A stretch of 64,000 nucleotides of DNA from Candidatus Spongiisociaceae bacterium. Lineage in GTDB: Bacteria; Actinomycetota; Acidimicrobiia; Spongiisociales; Spongiisociaceae. Numbering within the stretch: position 1 is the stretch's first letter; each line of letters opens with the position of its first letter. The DNA lies in NCBI GenBank assembly GCA_965219685.1, contig CBDCOH010000002.1, positions 3,008,001 to 3,072,000 on the forward strand, read 5' to 3'. The notes below the pieces were generated by a model. That model searched no databases and was not told the DNA's origin. It saw nothing but the letters and a program-made list of their open reading frames with translations. Positions 34,130 through 44,583 of the stretch are shown piece by piece. The position numbers and the translations under genes are program-made.

Positions 34130-34594
34130 ATGGCAGACGGCACAGGATTAGGCACCCGGATCCGCGCCCGTCGCACAGCGCTAGGGCTAACACTCGCCCA
34201 AGTAGCAGAACGCGCCGGCCTCTCGAACCAGTACATGTCCAACCTTGAGAACGGTCACCGCAGCCCGAGCCTGGCCGCGCTCCGCTCCATCGCCGCAGCC
34301 CTCGGACAAACCGTCGCCGACCTCCTCGGCGACGGTGCGGACACCATGAACGTCGACCTCCTAGCGACAGCGCTGGCCGACGCTCCCCAGTCGCTGCTCA
34401 CCTTCCCCCGATCCGAACACTTCCGAGACGCCGTCGACCGCCTCGCCGACGAGCAAGGCATCGATCCCCAGGACATACATACACGGCTCACCATCGGGAT
34501 GGCCATCGCCCCCCGACACCCTGGCGGCATGCCCAGCGACCACGACTGGCGTCGCCTCCTCGACGCCTACACCCTCATCCTCCGAGACGGCTAA
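34130..34594 (+). CDS. XRE-family HTH regulator
   Basis: IRARRTALGLTLAQVAERAGLSNQYMSNLENG. Confidence 0.9.
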   Translation: MADGTGLGTRIRARRTALGLTLAQVAERAGLSNQYMSNLENGHRSPSLAALRSIAAALGQTVADLLGDGADTMNVDLLATALADAPQSLLTFPRSEHFRDAVDRLADEQGIDPQDIHTRLTIGMAIAPRHPGGMPSDHDWRRLLDAYTLILRDG

Positions 34595-34623
34595 CCACAG
34601 CCCAGCACCGCGAGAGGCAGGGC

Positions 34624-35070
34624 ATGACACGCACAGAAGCGCAGAACAGCCGACCAGAAGCGGTCTACACCGAAGAGCCCGCACCCGGCGAGGTGATCAT
34701 CCGGGACCAGACCGGATACCGCTACGGCTACGGAGCCATGTACGACGGACCCGTCGCTGTGGCGCTGCCCGACGACGTAGCAGACCCGAACACTCCCAAA
34801 GCGTCCGGCATTGTCGACCTCCCCCGCCATCTCGGACCGTCGCCGCCGATCCCCTTCGACCTCGACGACTGGGTAGACCGCCGAGCCGTGTACGCCAGAG
34901 TCCTCGAGGACGGCACCCCAGACGACGTACGCTGGTTCATCGACGTACACAAACTCGCAGAGATGTGGGACCGGATCATGCTGTCAGACTACGTGCTGTC
35001 GGTGTGGGAACCGTGGCTGCGCGAGAACGGCTACCTGCCCAAGACCAGCCAGCCGCTACCCAGACCATGA
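34624..35070 (+). CDS. Hypothetical protein resembling actinobacterial type IV TA antitoxin-like partners
   Basis: G.VDLP..L...FDLDD...R..VY..VL.DG...D...FID...L...W; family call from memory. Confidence 0.55.
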   Translation: MTRTEAQNSRPEAVYTEEPAPGEVIIRDQTGYRYGYGAMYDGPVAVALPDDVADPNTPKASGIVDLPRHLGPSPPIPFDLDDWVDRRAVYARVLEDGTPDDVRWFIDVHKLAEMWDRIMLSDYVLSVWEPWLRENGYLPKTSQPLPRP

Positions 35071-36506
35071 ACCACCAAACACGACACGTATCGCCGCCAC
35101 CCGCCGATGCTCCCCATACACCTTCGACCGACCAAGCCGAGTAGCCAACATGCAATCATTCGCACCGGCACCGTCCCTCTCGTTAAGACGCGGCGACAGT
35201 GCTGCCGGTTGAACTCCACCCAGCCGAGATCCCCGAGGTCGTCAGGCTGGAACCTGCTCAGAGCCATACTCACCGCGGTGTCCGTAGCGAATCGTGTTAC
35301 CGCGGAGGGTGCGGCCCTGCAGCCGGAACTCGACCACCTGGGAGTAACCCTCGAGGTTCGAGAACGCTTGAAGGGGGCTGTCATAGCCTTCGTTCCTGGG
35401 TTCAGTGATCAACACCGTTCCGGCAGGGATCGCTCAACGGGCTAGAACTGGAGTTCTTGGGATGCTGCGGCGGGGCCGGCAGACGGCCGTGGACTTCCGG
35501 CGGGTGCGCACAGGTCCGCCCGGCGGACGGACATGCGCCGCTGTTGGCGGCTCCAAGGGGTCGGGGCGGCTCGCTCTCCGGGGCTGGAAGCCGCCCTCGA
35601 CCAGGGTTCGCTGAACGTCATCTCGGACCGTGATAGTCCCGGTCAACGGCCCCAGACCGTTACCGGGCCCGATGCGGGGATGACACGAAATCCCAGGTCA
35701 GAGGGAATCGCGCGCGCTCGCGCGCGGGCCGCGGCTAGGTTCGGGAACATCGGCTGGTTCCTGCGCCACAGATGTCGGCGGGCGGACGAACGGGGAGGGG
35801 ACGGACAAGCCGCAGTATCGGGCAAGAGACTGTCGACAACTGCCTGTTTCCCCAGGTAGACAGGCATTTGGAGAGGGAGCCGATCGTACCCGGTCTCACT
35901 ATCCGGTAATACTTGGTGATCGGAGAGGTGACGAGCGACACTTGGACGCCGACTACCCAGTACCGACCCAGTCTCGACGAATTCAAGGCGGGGATGCGGT
36001 AGCAGCATTGCCCGTTGCCGCCACTTGCGGGCTTGCGTCGGCAGTGATGTTGGTGCCCAGCCGATGGTGTGATACTGAGGTCGGATCCGGGTTCCCAACC
36101 CGTAGTACTCATCGGCGATCACCAGTCCGAACATGGCCAACGCCTGGTTGATGTCGATGCCACCGGCTACGAGCTTCTGGAAGGACTGGTTCCGTCGTGC
36201 CAAGTCGAACCTCGTAGGCCTAACGGCGGCGGGGCGAGCACTGAGTCTCGATGAGCCGCTTTCAATTCCGACCGACCCGACCGACGCGGCCAAACGCCCG
36301 ACAGCGACAGCCACATCGGCGTTCACTCCGGTATATCGTCTCCAGTGTTGTGTACTATCGGTTATTACTACTCACCGTCGGCTAGGGCACTGCGAGCGAT
36401 CCGACGTTCGGTACCTAGCCAGCGGGCCGCATCTCCACGGCCATACGCTACTATTCCGCCTTGTCATCAGCCCGCACCGTGCCGCCTATAGGAGCTTCGA
36501 CTGTCC

Positions 36507-39146
36507 ATGGATCCAAGTACCGCCGTCAGTTCGGCCGTAATCTTACCCCTCCGGAGGATGTGGGAACGCGTCGACCGAACTGCACCCGAGTCTGACGTCG
36601 CCTACTTTTATGACCTTCTTAACTTAGGTGAACTTCTGCTAAAATTGGTTGTCGCTGCGTTGGTCACGTCGATCGATAACCGGGATGGCCACCGATATCT
36701 TTTGGAACGGAGCCTTATTCATGCTAATGGTCTAGGTGTTTGGGTGTCTGCTCTTGATGAAGCCCTTAGCGGGCCATCTCGTACGATGATGAGAAGAGAG
36801 GCATATCCGTACCAGCAGGAAATCACTCAGAAATGGTCCCCGACCGAGCAGGCCTGGCAACGAGATGCTATCGAGTATCTAGACCTTACATGTCGGGAGA
36901 TCGATCGAGATCTACCTCAGCCACCACCCAAGGTCTCCCTTGAGTGGTGGTTTACGACCTTCGTCTTGATCCGCAACCGTACGCGTGGGCACGGATCGAC
37001 TCTACCTGGTAAGTCCGCAGTAGCCGCCGTCCCACTTGCCAAATCACTCAGTATCGTTACAAATAATCTCGCTACCTTACGCATACCTTGTGCAGTGATC
37101 CGTCGCAATCTCTCGGGAAAATATAGGGTCGTCCCATTGACAGCACTCGACGATACCCTTAAGGTATTAAAGCAAAAGACTACCCTCAGTTACCCAGACG
37201 GAGTCTACTTTAGTCTTGGCGATCTGCGCTTGACTCCTGTATGCTACACTGACATTGATCTTAGCGATGTCCACATCGCTAACGGCGACTTTCGCCCGTC
37301 TTCCGAGGGAGCCACTTATGAGGTACTCTCCTATATAACCGATAGTCGGGAGCACATTGATGGTTCTGACTACTTGGAACTTATTCGGCAACGTACCGAT
37401 AGCGAAACTCACGGTACATCTGATTTGGAAGTGATCGGTAAAAGTTTCACTAACCTGCCGCCACAGGCCGACGGATACGTTACACGCACTGTGCTAGAGC
37501 AAGAGCTAACCACCGTACTACTTGATGAGCGGCACCCTATGGTGAGTTTGGTAGGCCGTGGGGGAATAGGCAAGACATCTCTTGCTCTTAAGGTACTCCA
37601 CGAACTGTGTCACACGGACGCATTCGATTTTATTCTCTGGTTTAGTGCGCGTGACATAGATCTATTGTCTGAAGGGCCACGAAGCGTTCGACCACAGGTC
37701 TTAACGTTCACAGAGATTGCTAAAGAGTTCATTGCTCTTCTCCGAGACTATGACGTGGGCGATACGACTCTTGACGCGGACGAGTACCTTACGCGCACCC
37801 TTTTGGGTGAACTGACAGGTTACCGCTATTTGGTGGTTGTTGACAACTTCGAGACTGTGCGCAATCCCAAGGAACTCTTTCGTACACTTGATACCCATGT
37901 GCGTCTACCGAACAAGGTTCTAATAACGGGTCGCCACCGGGATTTCAAGGCAGACTATCCCGTCGAGGTGACCGGAATGGTCCGCTCGGAGTATGACGAG
38001 TTGGTCCGCTCCCTCGCCATTAGGCTCAATATATCATCATTGTTGTCCACCGACTACCGGACGAACTTGTATGAGGAGACGGAAGGGCATCCATATCTGA
38101 TCAAGGTGATACTTGGTGAAGTAGCGACGAACCGTAGAGCTACCAATGTTCAGCGCGTGCTTGCTCATCGAGATCGGATGCTTGATGCACTGTTCGAGCG
38201 GTCCTATGCGACCCTGACACCAGCAGCACAGCGTGTCTTCTTGACACTTTGTAATTGGCGCTCTGTAGTATCACAACTCGAACTAGAAGCTGCTCTCATG
38301 CGACCACAGGCTGACTATCTCGACGTCACGACAGCTGTTGACAGTTTGTCACGATACTCAATGGTGGAGGTTCTCAGGAGCCAATCGGACATCGCATTCT
38401 TACGGGTACCCGACGCTGCAAGGATCTTCGGGAAGAAGAAGCTGAAGGTTAGTCATGTGAAGCCGGTCGTCGATGTTGACACTCGAATCCTCCAGACGCT
38501 AGGCGACGTCCGGACCGGTGACATTCGTCGAGATTTCCATCACAGGCTCACTCGGATTTCTCACAATGTAGCTAAGCGAGCTGCACTGGAAGAAGATGTA
38601 AGCACTTATATGGCTATTCTAGAGTATATTGCAACTATCTACCCGCGCGCTTGGCTCGCCATCGCTGGTCTTCGCTTGGAGAATCCCCAGCTTGGTGACG
38701 CGATAGCTTCCCTGGATGCTGTGGAACGATATCTGCAGGAGGCCCCGGATGATGCAGACGCATGGCGAAGGTTGGCAACCTCAGCCCGGGACTTAGACAT
38801 GCACGATCGTGAAATGAATGCTCTGTACCGTTTAGCCAATCTCCCTGGTGCACCTCTTGAGAGCGTATCACGGGCGGCGGCGTGCCTGAGTCGCCACTGG
38901 GTAAGTGGCTTGACGAACGTTGGCCTTGACGAGAAACGGCTTATGGCAAGGCGGCTAGCCCAGTTGATGAGTTCCAAACGATCCGGGGCGAACGGAACCG
39001 ATTTCTCCCGTCTAGCTTGGCTTCATCTCTACCTTAAGGAGGCACACGAAGCTCGTGCGTGTGTTCAAGAGGGTCTGGAGACTGACCCAGGCAATACACA
39101 CCTGCTTAAGCTAGAGTACCGCCTCAGTGAAAAATCTTGGAGTTGA
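36507..39146 (+). CDS. STAND/NB-ARC P-loop ATPase with C-terminal TPR-like repeats
   Basis: GRGGIGKT, LVVVDNFE, LITGR, GHP motifs; lower GC than the flanks. Confidence 0.85.
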   Translation: MDPSTAVSSAVILPLRRMWERVDRTAPESDVAYFYDLLNLGELLLKLVVAALVTSIDNRDGHRYLLERSLIHANGLGVWVSALDEALSGPSRTMMRREAYPYQQEITQKWSPTEQAWQRDAIEYLDLTCREIDRDLPQPPPKVSLEWWFTTFVLIRNRTRGHGSTLPGKSAVAAVPLAKSLSIVTNNLATLRIPCAVIRRNLSGKYRVVPLTALDDTLKVLKQKTTLSYPDGVYFSLGDLRLTPVCYTDIDLSDVHIANGDFRPSSEGATYEVLSYITDSREHIDGSDYLELIRQRTDSETHGTSDLEVIGKSFTNLPPQADGYVTRTVLEQELTTVLLDERHPMVSLVGRGGIGKTSLALKVLHELCHTDAFDFILWFSARDIDLLSEGPRSVRPQVLTFTEIAKEFIALLRDYDVGDTTLDADEYLTRTLLGELTGYRYLVVVDNFETVRNPKELFRTLDTHVRLPNKVLITGRHRDFKADYPVEVTGMVRSEYDELVRSLAIRLNISSLLSTDYRTNLYEETEGHPYLIKVILGEVATNRRATNVQRVLAHRDRMLDALFERSYATLTPAAQRVFLTLCNWRSVVSQLELEAALMRPQADYLDVTTAVDSLSRYSMVEVLRSQSDIAFLRVPDAARIFGKKKLKVSHVKPVVDVDTRILQTLGDVRTGDIRRDFHHRLTRISHNVAKRAALEEDVSTYMAILEYIATIYPRAWLAIAGLRLENPQLGDAIASLDAVERYLQEAPDDADAWRRLATSARDLDMHDREMNALYRLANLPGAPLESVSRAAACLSRHWVSGLTNVGLDEKRLMARRLAQLMSSKRSGANGTDFSRLAWLHLYLKEAHEARACVQEGLETDPGNTHLLKLEYRLSEKSWS

Positions 39147-39295
39147 CGCTGTTCGAGATTTGTGAAGACCCGCCCCTACTGATACGCCGATCCGGGTTAT
39201 CGAATCGGCGACTAGGGAGGTGTGATCGAAAGTAATCCTCTGTAGGTCATCAGACAGCGGCGATTTCAATGAGAGTTTGTAATATCCCAAGGCAT

Positions 39296-39362
39296 CCTCC
39301 GATAGGCGCAAGCCCATCGGTGCTAGCACCGATGCTACTTCATCCCGCAGCGCTTCAGCGTC
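39296..39362 (-). pseudogene. Possible group II intron RT fragment
   Basis: DAEALRDEVASVLAPMGLRLSED resembles RT domain 6/7; no YADD motif. Confidence 0.4.
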
Positions 39363-40056
39363 GTTGCAGGTTGCTGTGGCTATAGAGCAGGCTGGGGATT
39401 TCGAGTGGGCATCGTGGGTCGCTGGGCGGGGACGCTTGCCGCGGGAGGGTTGGCTTCGTGGTTCGGTTGACGACCTGGCTGCGTTCGTGGACAGGGCAGG
39501 CGAGGACGCGGCCGGCCTGTCGGGGCTGGTGGACGACGTGCGTGACACGCTGTCGGCGGCGGCTCTACAGGTGGAGAACTATCCTAACGGCGAGGCCATC
39601 TCCGCGGAGTTCGGGGACGTGCTCTATCAGGCCGGGGGGGTGTCCCTGTCTTGTTGTCAAGCCGCTTTGGGCAGTTTCTCGGGTTGGCGGGGTTGGTAGG
39701 GCGTTTGGGTCTTGAGCATGTGATGGCGATCGAAACCGGGGCGGTTCACACAGGGTGGTGATGCTCCTATGACGCTCCTATATTGTGCAAGTCGGTTGTC
39801 GGGTGTCGATCCATTGTTGGTATCGGGTGGCGAGGTGGTGGTTGTGGTAGAGGCCCCGCTCGAGTCGCGATAGGAGGGTGGGTTGGGTATCGAGGTGGTG
39901 GGCGGCCTGGGTGAGGGTGATCCGGGCTTGGGTTCGACGGTTGCGTAGGTGGGTACCGTCCGGTGTTGGGTGGGGATTGGTCAGCAGTCGGTAGATCTCT
40001 CGGGCGATGTGCCGCTTGAGGCAGCGGATGATCTCTTTTCGTTTCTTTCCCTCGGC

Positions 40057-42002
40057 CCCGAGTTTGGCGGGTGTTTTGTGTTTTGCCTGGTCAGGGGGGA
40101 TTTGGGGTTGGGGTGTTTCCACTACATTGGCGGTGTGGGGGCTGGTGAGGGGGTTTAGGTGATGGTGGCTTTGTCCCAGGTGCGGGTATCTGCTCCGATG
40201 GCGGTGAGGGTTCGGGTTTGTAGGGGGCTGCGGCGGGTGGTGAGATGGATTCGGCGGCCGCTGGTGGTGAGTTGGTGGCGGCGGACACGGTTGAGGTCGC
40301 GCAGGGCTCGGGCGGCGGTGAGGTGCTGGTCTGCGAGGTCGGGGTCACGAACGTCGGCTGCTGCGAGAGCTTGGCTGATGAGGGTCTCGATTAGAGCGGC
40401 GTAGACACAGACCGCGACGTGGCCGCGGACTCGTTGTTCGGTCCAGTGTCTTATGGGGCGGAGCCGTAGGAAGTCTTTGAGGACCCGGAAGCGGGTTTCG
40501 ACTGCTTGCAGTTGGCGGTAGTAGTCCACGACTTGGGCGGTGGGGGCCTGGGTGGGTGTGAGGCTGGTAGCTAGCACGTAGCGGCCAGCGAGGAGCTCTT
40601 CGTATACGTGGGCGTCTTCGTTGTAGTGGTAGAGAAACCGTCCAGGTTCGATCTCGACGTCGAAGAGCCGCCCAGCCCCAACAGTGGCGAGGATACGCTG
40701 CGCGGCTGCCCCGATCTTGGCGGGGTCCTTCAGCCGGCCGGCACGGACGCGGAGCTCCAGCGCCCGCAGTTCGGTTTCGGCGGCGGCGACGATCTGGCCT
40801 GTGCGGGCGGTGTCTCGGCGGGCGCGGGCGTCGGATTCGACCACAACCGCCCGGGTGCCGTCCTCGAGGGTGATATCGGCGGCGCGGCAGCCGCGCTGGG
40901 GGAGGTCGACCCAGACGGTGTCGTCATCAAGAGCGCCAAGGGCTTGTTTGCTGATACGGTCACGACGCAGCTTTGTGGCCAATAGGTGGTCGAACCCGGC
41001 TTCGGCGACCGCCTCCACGTTGGCAGCTGACATCAGGCCCCGGTCGGCGACTACACAGATCCGGCCCACCGCGAACCTCGCCGCTAAGTCGCCCAACACG
41101 GCGGCCAGGGTGGTGGCGTCGCTGGTGTTCCCCGAGAACACATGATGGGCGATCGGGATCCCGTCGGAGGTGCATAGGAGGCCGATCACTATCTGGGGAC
41201 GATCAGCACGATGGTCCCGCGAATACCCGAACGCCCGGGAGGGGAACCGTCCAGAGGACCGTGTCGAACCCTCGAAATATGTGGAAGTCAGGTCGTAGCA
41301 AACCAGCCGCAGGTCCAGGTTCGTCAAGTCGCACAACCGGGCATACAGATGCGTCTCCGTTTGGTCTTTGGAGGCGGCGACCGCGTCCAGAGCCCGGTAA
41401 TACTGATCAAGGGACGGAGCCGACCAGCCGTCGGGCATCACCACATCCACCCCAGCCCACTCGGCCAGCCGCCGCTTCGAGCACGGCGCCACCAGGCGGT
41501 TTGCCACCATCGCGAACACCGCATGCTCCAGAGCCTTCGCGCCCCGCCTCGCGCCGACCTGAGCGAACCACTCCCCGAGGCCCAGCCGCTGCCACACCGA
41601 CCACACCGCCGCTACCGCCCCCACCGCAGGCGCCCCCTCAGCTGCCAACCCGCCGACATCGACACGTTCCCGCACCAGATGACGCTCCAGGGCGGCGACG
41701 ATGCGTTCCAGCTGACCGGACTCGCGCAAAGCGGTCACCTCCCCCAGCCGCAGAAGGGTCCGGTGACCGACCTTCGACCCGTGGCGGAAAGACTCCACCA
41801 AAGACAAATACTCGTACACCTTGTCGCCCCTGCGACGGCGGGTCGTCTTCACGAACATACCCAGAACCATACCACTAACAGCCCACCTATCCAACCATAT
41901 GTCGCCCCTACAAATCCCCACCCAAACCGTGCCCTACACCAAGAAACCCCAGGTCAGAGAACCGACCACCCCCACAAAGCCCCCCAACCCGCCAAACTCG
42001 GG
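40057..42002 (-). mobile_element. IS1634-family element with 5-bp TSD TCGGC
   Basis: IRs CCCGAGTTTGGCGGG; TSD at 40052-40056 and 42003-42007. Confidence 0.92.
40155..41858 (-). CDS. IS1634 transposase
   Basis: YDLTSTYFEG, GYSRDHR, VADRG, VETRFRVLK. Confidence 0.92.
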   Translation of the reverse strand: MFVKTTRRRRGDKVYEYLSLVESFRHGSKVGHRTLLRLGEVTALRESGQLERIVAALERHLVRERVDVGGLAAEGAPAVGAVAAVWSVWQRLGLGEWFAQVGARRGAKALEHAVFAMVANRLVAPCSKRRLAEWAGVDVVMPDGWSAPSLDQYYRALDAVAASKDQTETHLYARLCDLTNLDLRLVCYDLTSTYFEGSTRSSGRFPSRAFGYSRDHRADRPQIVIGLLCTSDGIPIAHHVFSGNTSDATTLAAVLGDLAARFAVGRICVVADRGLMSAANVEAVAEAGFDHLLATKLRRDRISKQALGALDDDTVWVDLPQRGCRAADITLEDGTRAVVVESDARARRDTARTGQIVAAAETELRALELRVRAGRLKDPAKIGAAAQRILATVGAGRLFDVEIEPGRFLYHYNEDAHVYEELLAGRYVLATSLTPTQAPTAQVVDYYRQLQAVETRFRVLKDFLRLRPIRHWTEQRVRGHVAVCVYAALIETLISQALAAADVRDPDLADQHLTAARALRDLNRVRRHQLTTSGRRIHLTTRRSPLQTRTLTAIGADTRTWDKATIT

Positions 42003-43039
42003 TCGGCCTTGCGTCGGGTGACGTAGGCTTTCGTGGCGGGGTCGGTACGCATCCGGTTGGTGGCGATCCGCCATAGCGCGTTGTTGGCTTGGCGGTTGCC
42101 GCCCTGGTTGAGCCGGTGGCGGATGGTCTGTCCGGATGATGCGGGGACGGGGCTGGTGCCGCAGAGGGCAGCGAAGGCTGCCTCGGTGCTCATGCGTTGG
42201 GGGTTGTCGCCCGCGGCTATAAGCAGAGCTGCTGCTGTGTCAGGTCCGACCCCACGAGCTGCCAGAAGCGCCGGGTTTGCCTGGGTGCAGAGACGGCGGA
42301 TCTCCGTGTCGAGGTCGGCGATCTCGGCAGTCAGCGACTGGTATCTGCGGGCCAGGTGCCGCAGGGCACGTTTCGCGTGGGTGGTGGTGGTGTGGTCTGT
42401 GCCGGGTCGGAAAGCGGCGCAGACCCGCACCCGGGCTTTGAGATTCTTGCCTCGGAGCTGGTTCTTTACCGACTCTGGGGCTGTTACCACCAGGGCGTGG
42501 ATCTGGTTAGCGGCCTGCGTGCGGGCTTTGGTGGCGGATCGGCGTACCACCCGCAGCATCCTGATCGACTCCACAGGCCCATCGGCGGTCTTAGGGCGGG
42601 CTGTCGCTTCGCCGTTAAGAGCAGCCCGAGCGGCGGCTTCGGCATCGGTGGAATCGGTCTTGCCCCGGCGGCGGCGTAGCTGGCGGTTGGGACGATTCAC
42701 CTCCACCACCTCGATGCCGACCTCGGTGAGGTGACGGGCCAACCCTGCCCCGTAGCTACCCGTTCCTTCCACCCCGACCCGGATCAGGCAGCCCTGCGAT
42801 CCCATCCAGGCGACCAACCCCCGATACCCGACACCATCCGCCGCGAACGACTCAGACCCCAGCAGCCGGCCTGCGTTATCAACCACCGCCCCAACATGGA
42901 GATCCCGATGCGTGTCCACTCCGCCGACCACAACCCCCTCGGTTCGAACCTTCTCTGCCATGATGCCCTCCCTCCGTGGGCCGCTTAGAATCCAACCCCC
43001 TGGCCCGGGCAGAGCGGCGGACAGAACACTCTGTGAGTA

Positions 43040-43270
43040 TCGGGTGGGTCTCGTTGAGGTTGCCAGGATTGGCGTCAGCGGCGGGGTCGTGACCCGAGAA
43101 CACTCTGACCTCTGTGTCTTTACCGTGATGCGTCCGACACCGCCGCTGCGCCGCCTGGGCGTTCCGTTGCTGGCCTGATCAGAAGCTTGTCCACCGTCCG
43201 GGGTGTGACCCATCACAGTCCTGCCGTCACGGTCTGCGCCTTTAGGAGGCGATAGCCCAGTTCGCACAAG
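43040..43270 (+). ncRNA. Putative bridge RNA of IS110-C (boundaries approximate)
   Basis: AGAACACTC and ACCGTG match the target flanks; AGAAGC and TCACAG match the element's own ends. Confidence 0.75.
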
Positions 43271-43287
43271 AAAGAGAGCGTCTTCTT

Positions 43288-44361
43288 ATGTTGGCCACGA
43301 TGGTAGAGCACGTGATCGGAATCGATCCTGACCGGGACCGGGTCACCGCGTCGGTGGTGGACACTGCCACCACCGGAGAGCAGGCATCTGGGGTGTTTGG
43401 CGCCACCCGGGTGGGTTACGACCGTCTGCTGAAATGGGCAGGCACCCACACCCGGGTAGGTGACCGGGTGTGGTCTGTGGAAGGCACCGGCAGCTATGGA
43501 GCTGGCGTGGCCGGCTACCTTTCTGCCCGTGGTGAGTGGGTGGTGGAGTTCGGGGATCCCACCCCGACCCGCGACGGCGCCAAGACCGACGCCCTCGACG
43601 CACGGCGGGCCGCCCGCCAGGTCCTAGGCCGTGGTCGGCTGCCAGCTCCCCGCGCTCGGGGAAACCGCGAAGCGCTGCGAGTGTTGGAAACCACCCGCCG
43701 AGGAGCCCAAACAGCCAGGGTGGCGGCGATCAACGAGTTGAAAGCCCTGGTAGTAACCGCACCGGTTGGTCTGCGGGACCAACTCGGGGGCCTCACCACC
43801 GCTGGCCTGGTCGCCAAGTGCCACAGATTCCGGCTCCGAGGCGGGACCCTCACCGAGCACACCGCCACCAAGACAGCCATGCGATCTGTCGCCCGACGTA
43901 TCAAGACTCTCACCACCGAGATAGCCGAACTAACCGCGCTCATCGCCGAACTCGTCGAAACAGTCGCTCCCCACCTGGTTGACCAGCCCGGAGTCGGACC
44001 CATCACCGCCGCTCAGATCTATGTCGCCTGGTCACACCGGGGCCGCTTCCGTAACGAAGCAGCCTTCGCCCGCCTCGCCGGCGTAGCACCACTCGAGGCG
44101 TCCTCCGGACAAAACAGCCGCCACCGGCTCAACCGCCACGGCGACCGAACCCTCAACCAAGCCCTCCACACCATCGTCATCACCCGCACCCGCACCTGCC
44201 CCAAGACCCAGGCCTACATCGCTAAACGAACCGCCGAAGGCAAAACCCCCCGAGAAGCCCGACGCTGCCTCAAACGCTACATCGCCCGCCACCTCTACCG
44301 GCTCCTAGAGAACCCACCCAACCACAACACCCATACAGGACCCCCCGCCGGCAGCGGCTAA
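43288..44361 (+). CDS. IS110 recombinase
   Basis: GIDPD, SVEGTGSYG, KTDALDA, ASSG, HGDRTLN. Confidence 0.92.
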   Translation: MLATMVEHVIGIDPDRDRVTASVVDTATTGEQASGVFGATRVGYDRLLKWAGTHTRVGDRVWSVEGTGSYGAGVAGYLSARGEWVVEFGDPTPTRDGAKTDALDARRAARQVLGRGRLPAPRARGNREALRVLETTRRGAQTARVAAINELKALVVTAPVGLRDQLGGLTTAGLVAKCHRFRLRGGTLTEHTATKTAMRSVARRIKTLTTEIAELTALIAELVETVAPHLVDQPGVGPITAAQIYVAWSHRGRFRNEAAFARLAGVAPLEASSGQNSRHRLNRHGDRTLNQALHTIVITRTRTCPKTQAYIAKRTAEGKTPREARRCLKRYIARHLYRLLENPPNHNTHTGPPAGSG

Positions 44362-44410
44362 CCGAACCTCTCCCCACCCCCAACACCGGATTTGCACAAC
44401 ATAGAAGCAT

Positions 44411-44572
44411 CAAGGTGGTGGAGAACGGACAAAGCTCCTATTAGGTCACATCCGCTCCCCGGGCCTAGGGACCTCCCCCAAGGCCGGGAACAGGCCGACA
44501 GGTCATAGAAAAGGCACAACGGCCAGTTTGTCAATGGGTCAGACCCGCCCCGGCCAAGGGGGTCCTACCAGT
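44411..44572 (-). ncRNA. Putative bridge RNA of IS110-B, 5' part (remainder at about 42970-43031)
   Basis: Target guides TTGACAAAC and TTCTATG; donor guide ATAGGAGC. Confidence 0.72.
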
Positions 44573-44583
44573 ATGAGTGGTTG

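Larger units (their letters stand above)
39778..42961 (-). pseudogene. IS110-B recombinase with HTH tail, split by IS1634
   Basis: MAEKVRTEGVVVGGVDTH...YVTRRKA | EGKKRKEIIRCLKR... Confidence 0.88.
43032..44410 (+). mobile_element. IS110 element C (divergent clade, no HTH tail)
   Basis: Interrupts the motif AGAACACTC|AAGGT in the left end of IS110-B. Confidence 0.88.
39772..44579 (-). mobile_element. IS110 element B (contains IS1634 and IS110-C)
   Basis: Right end TATAGGAGCGT; left end CACTCATAC at 44571-44579. Confidence 0.88.

Noticed and set aside
35100-36500. Overlapping ORFs on both strands
   Set aside because: No motif support; no AbiEii-type toxin found after 34624-35070.
39315-39334. 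Perfect 20-bp palindrome CATCGGTGCTAGCACCGATG
   Set aside because: Lies inside an RT-like coding remnant and is single copy; function cannot be supported.
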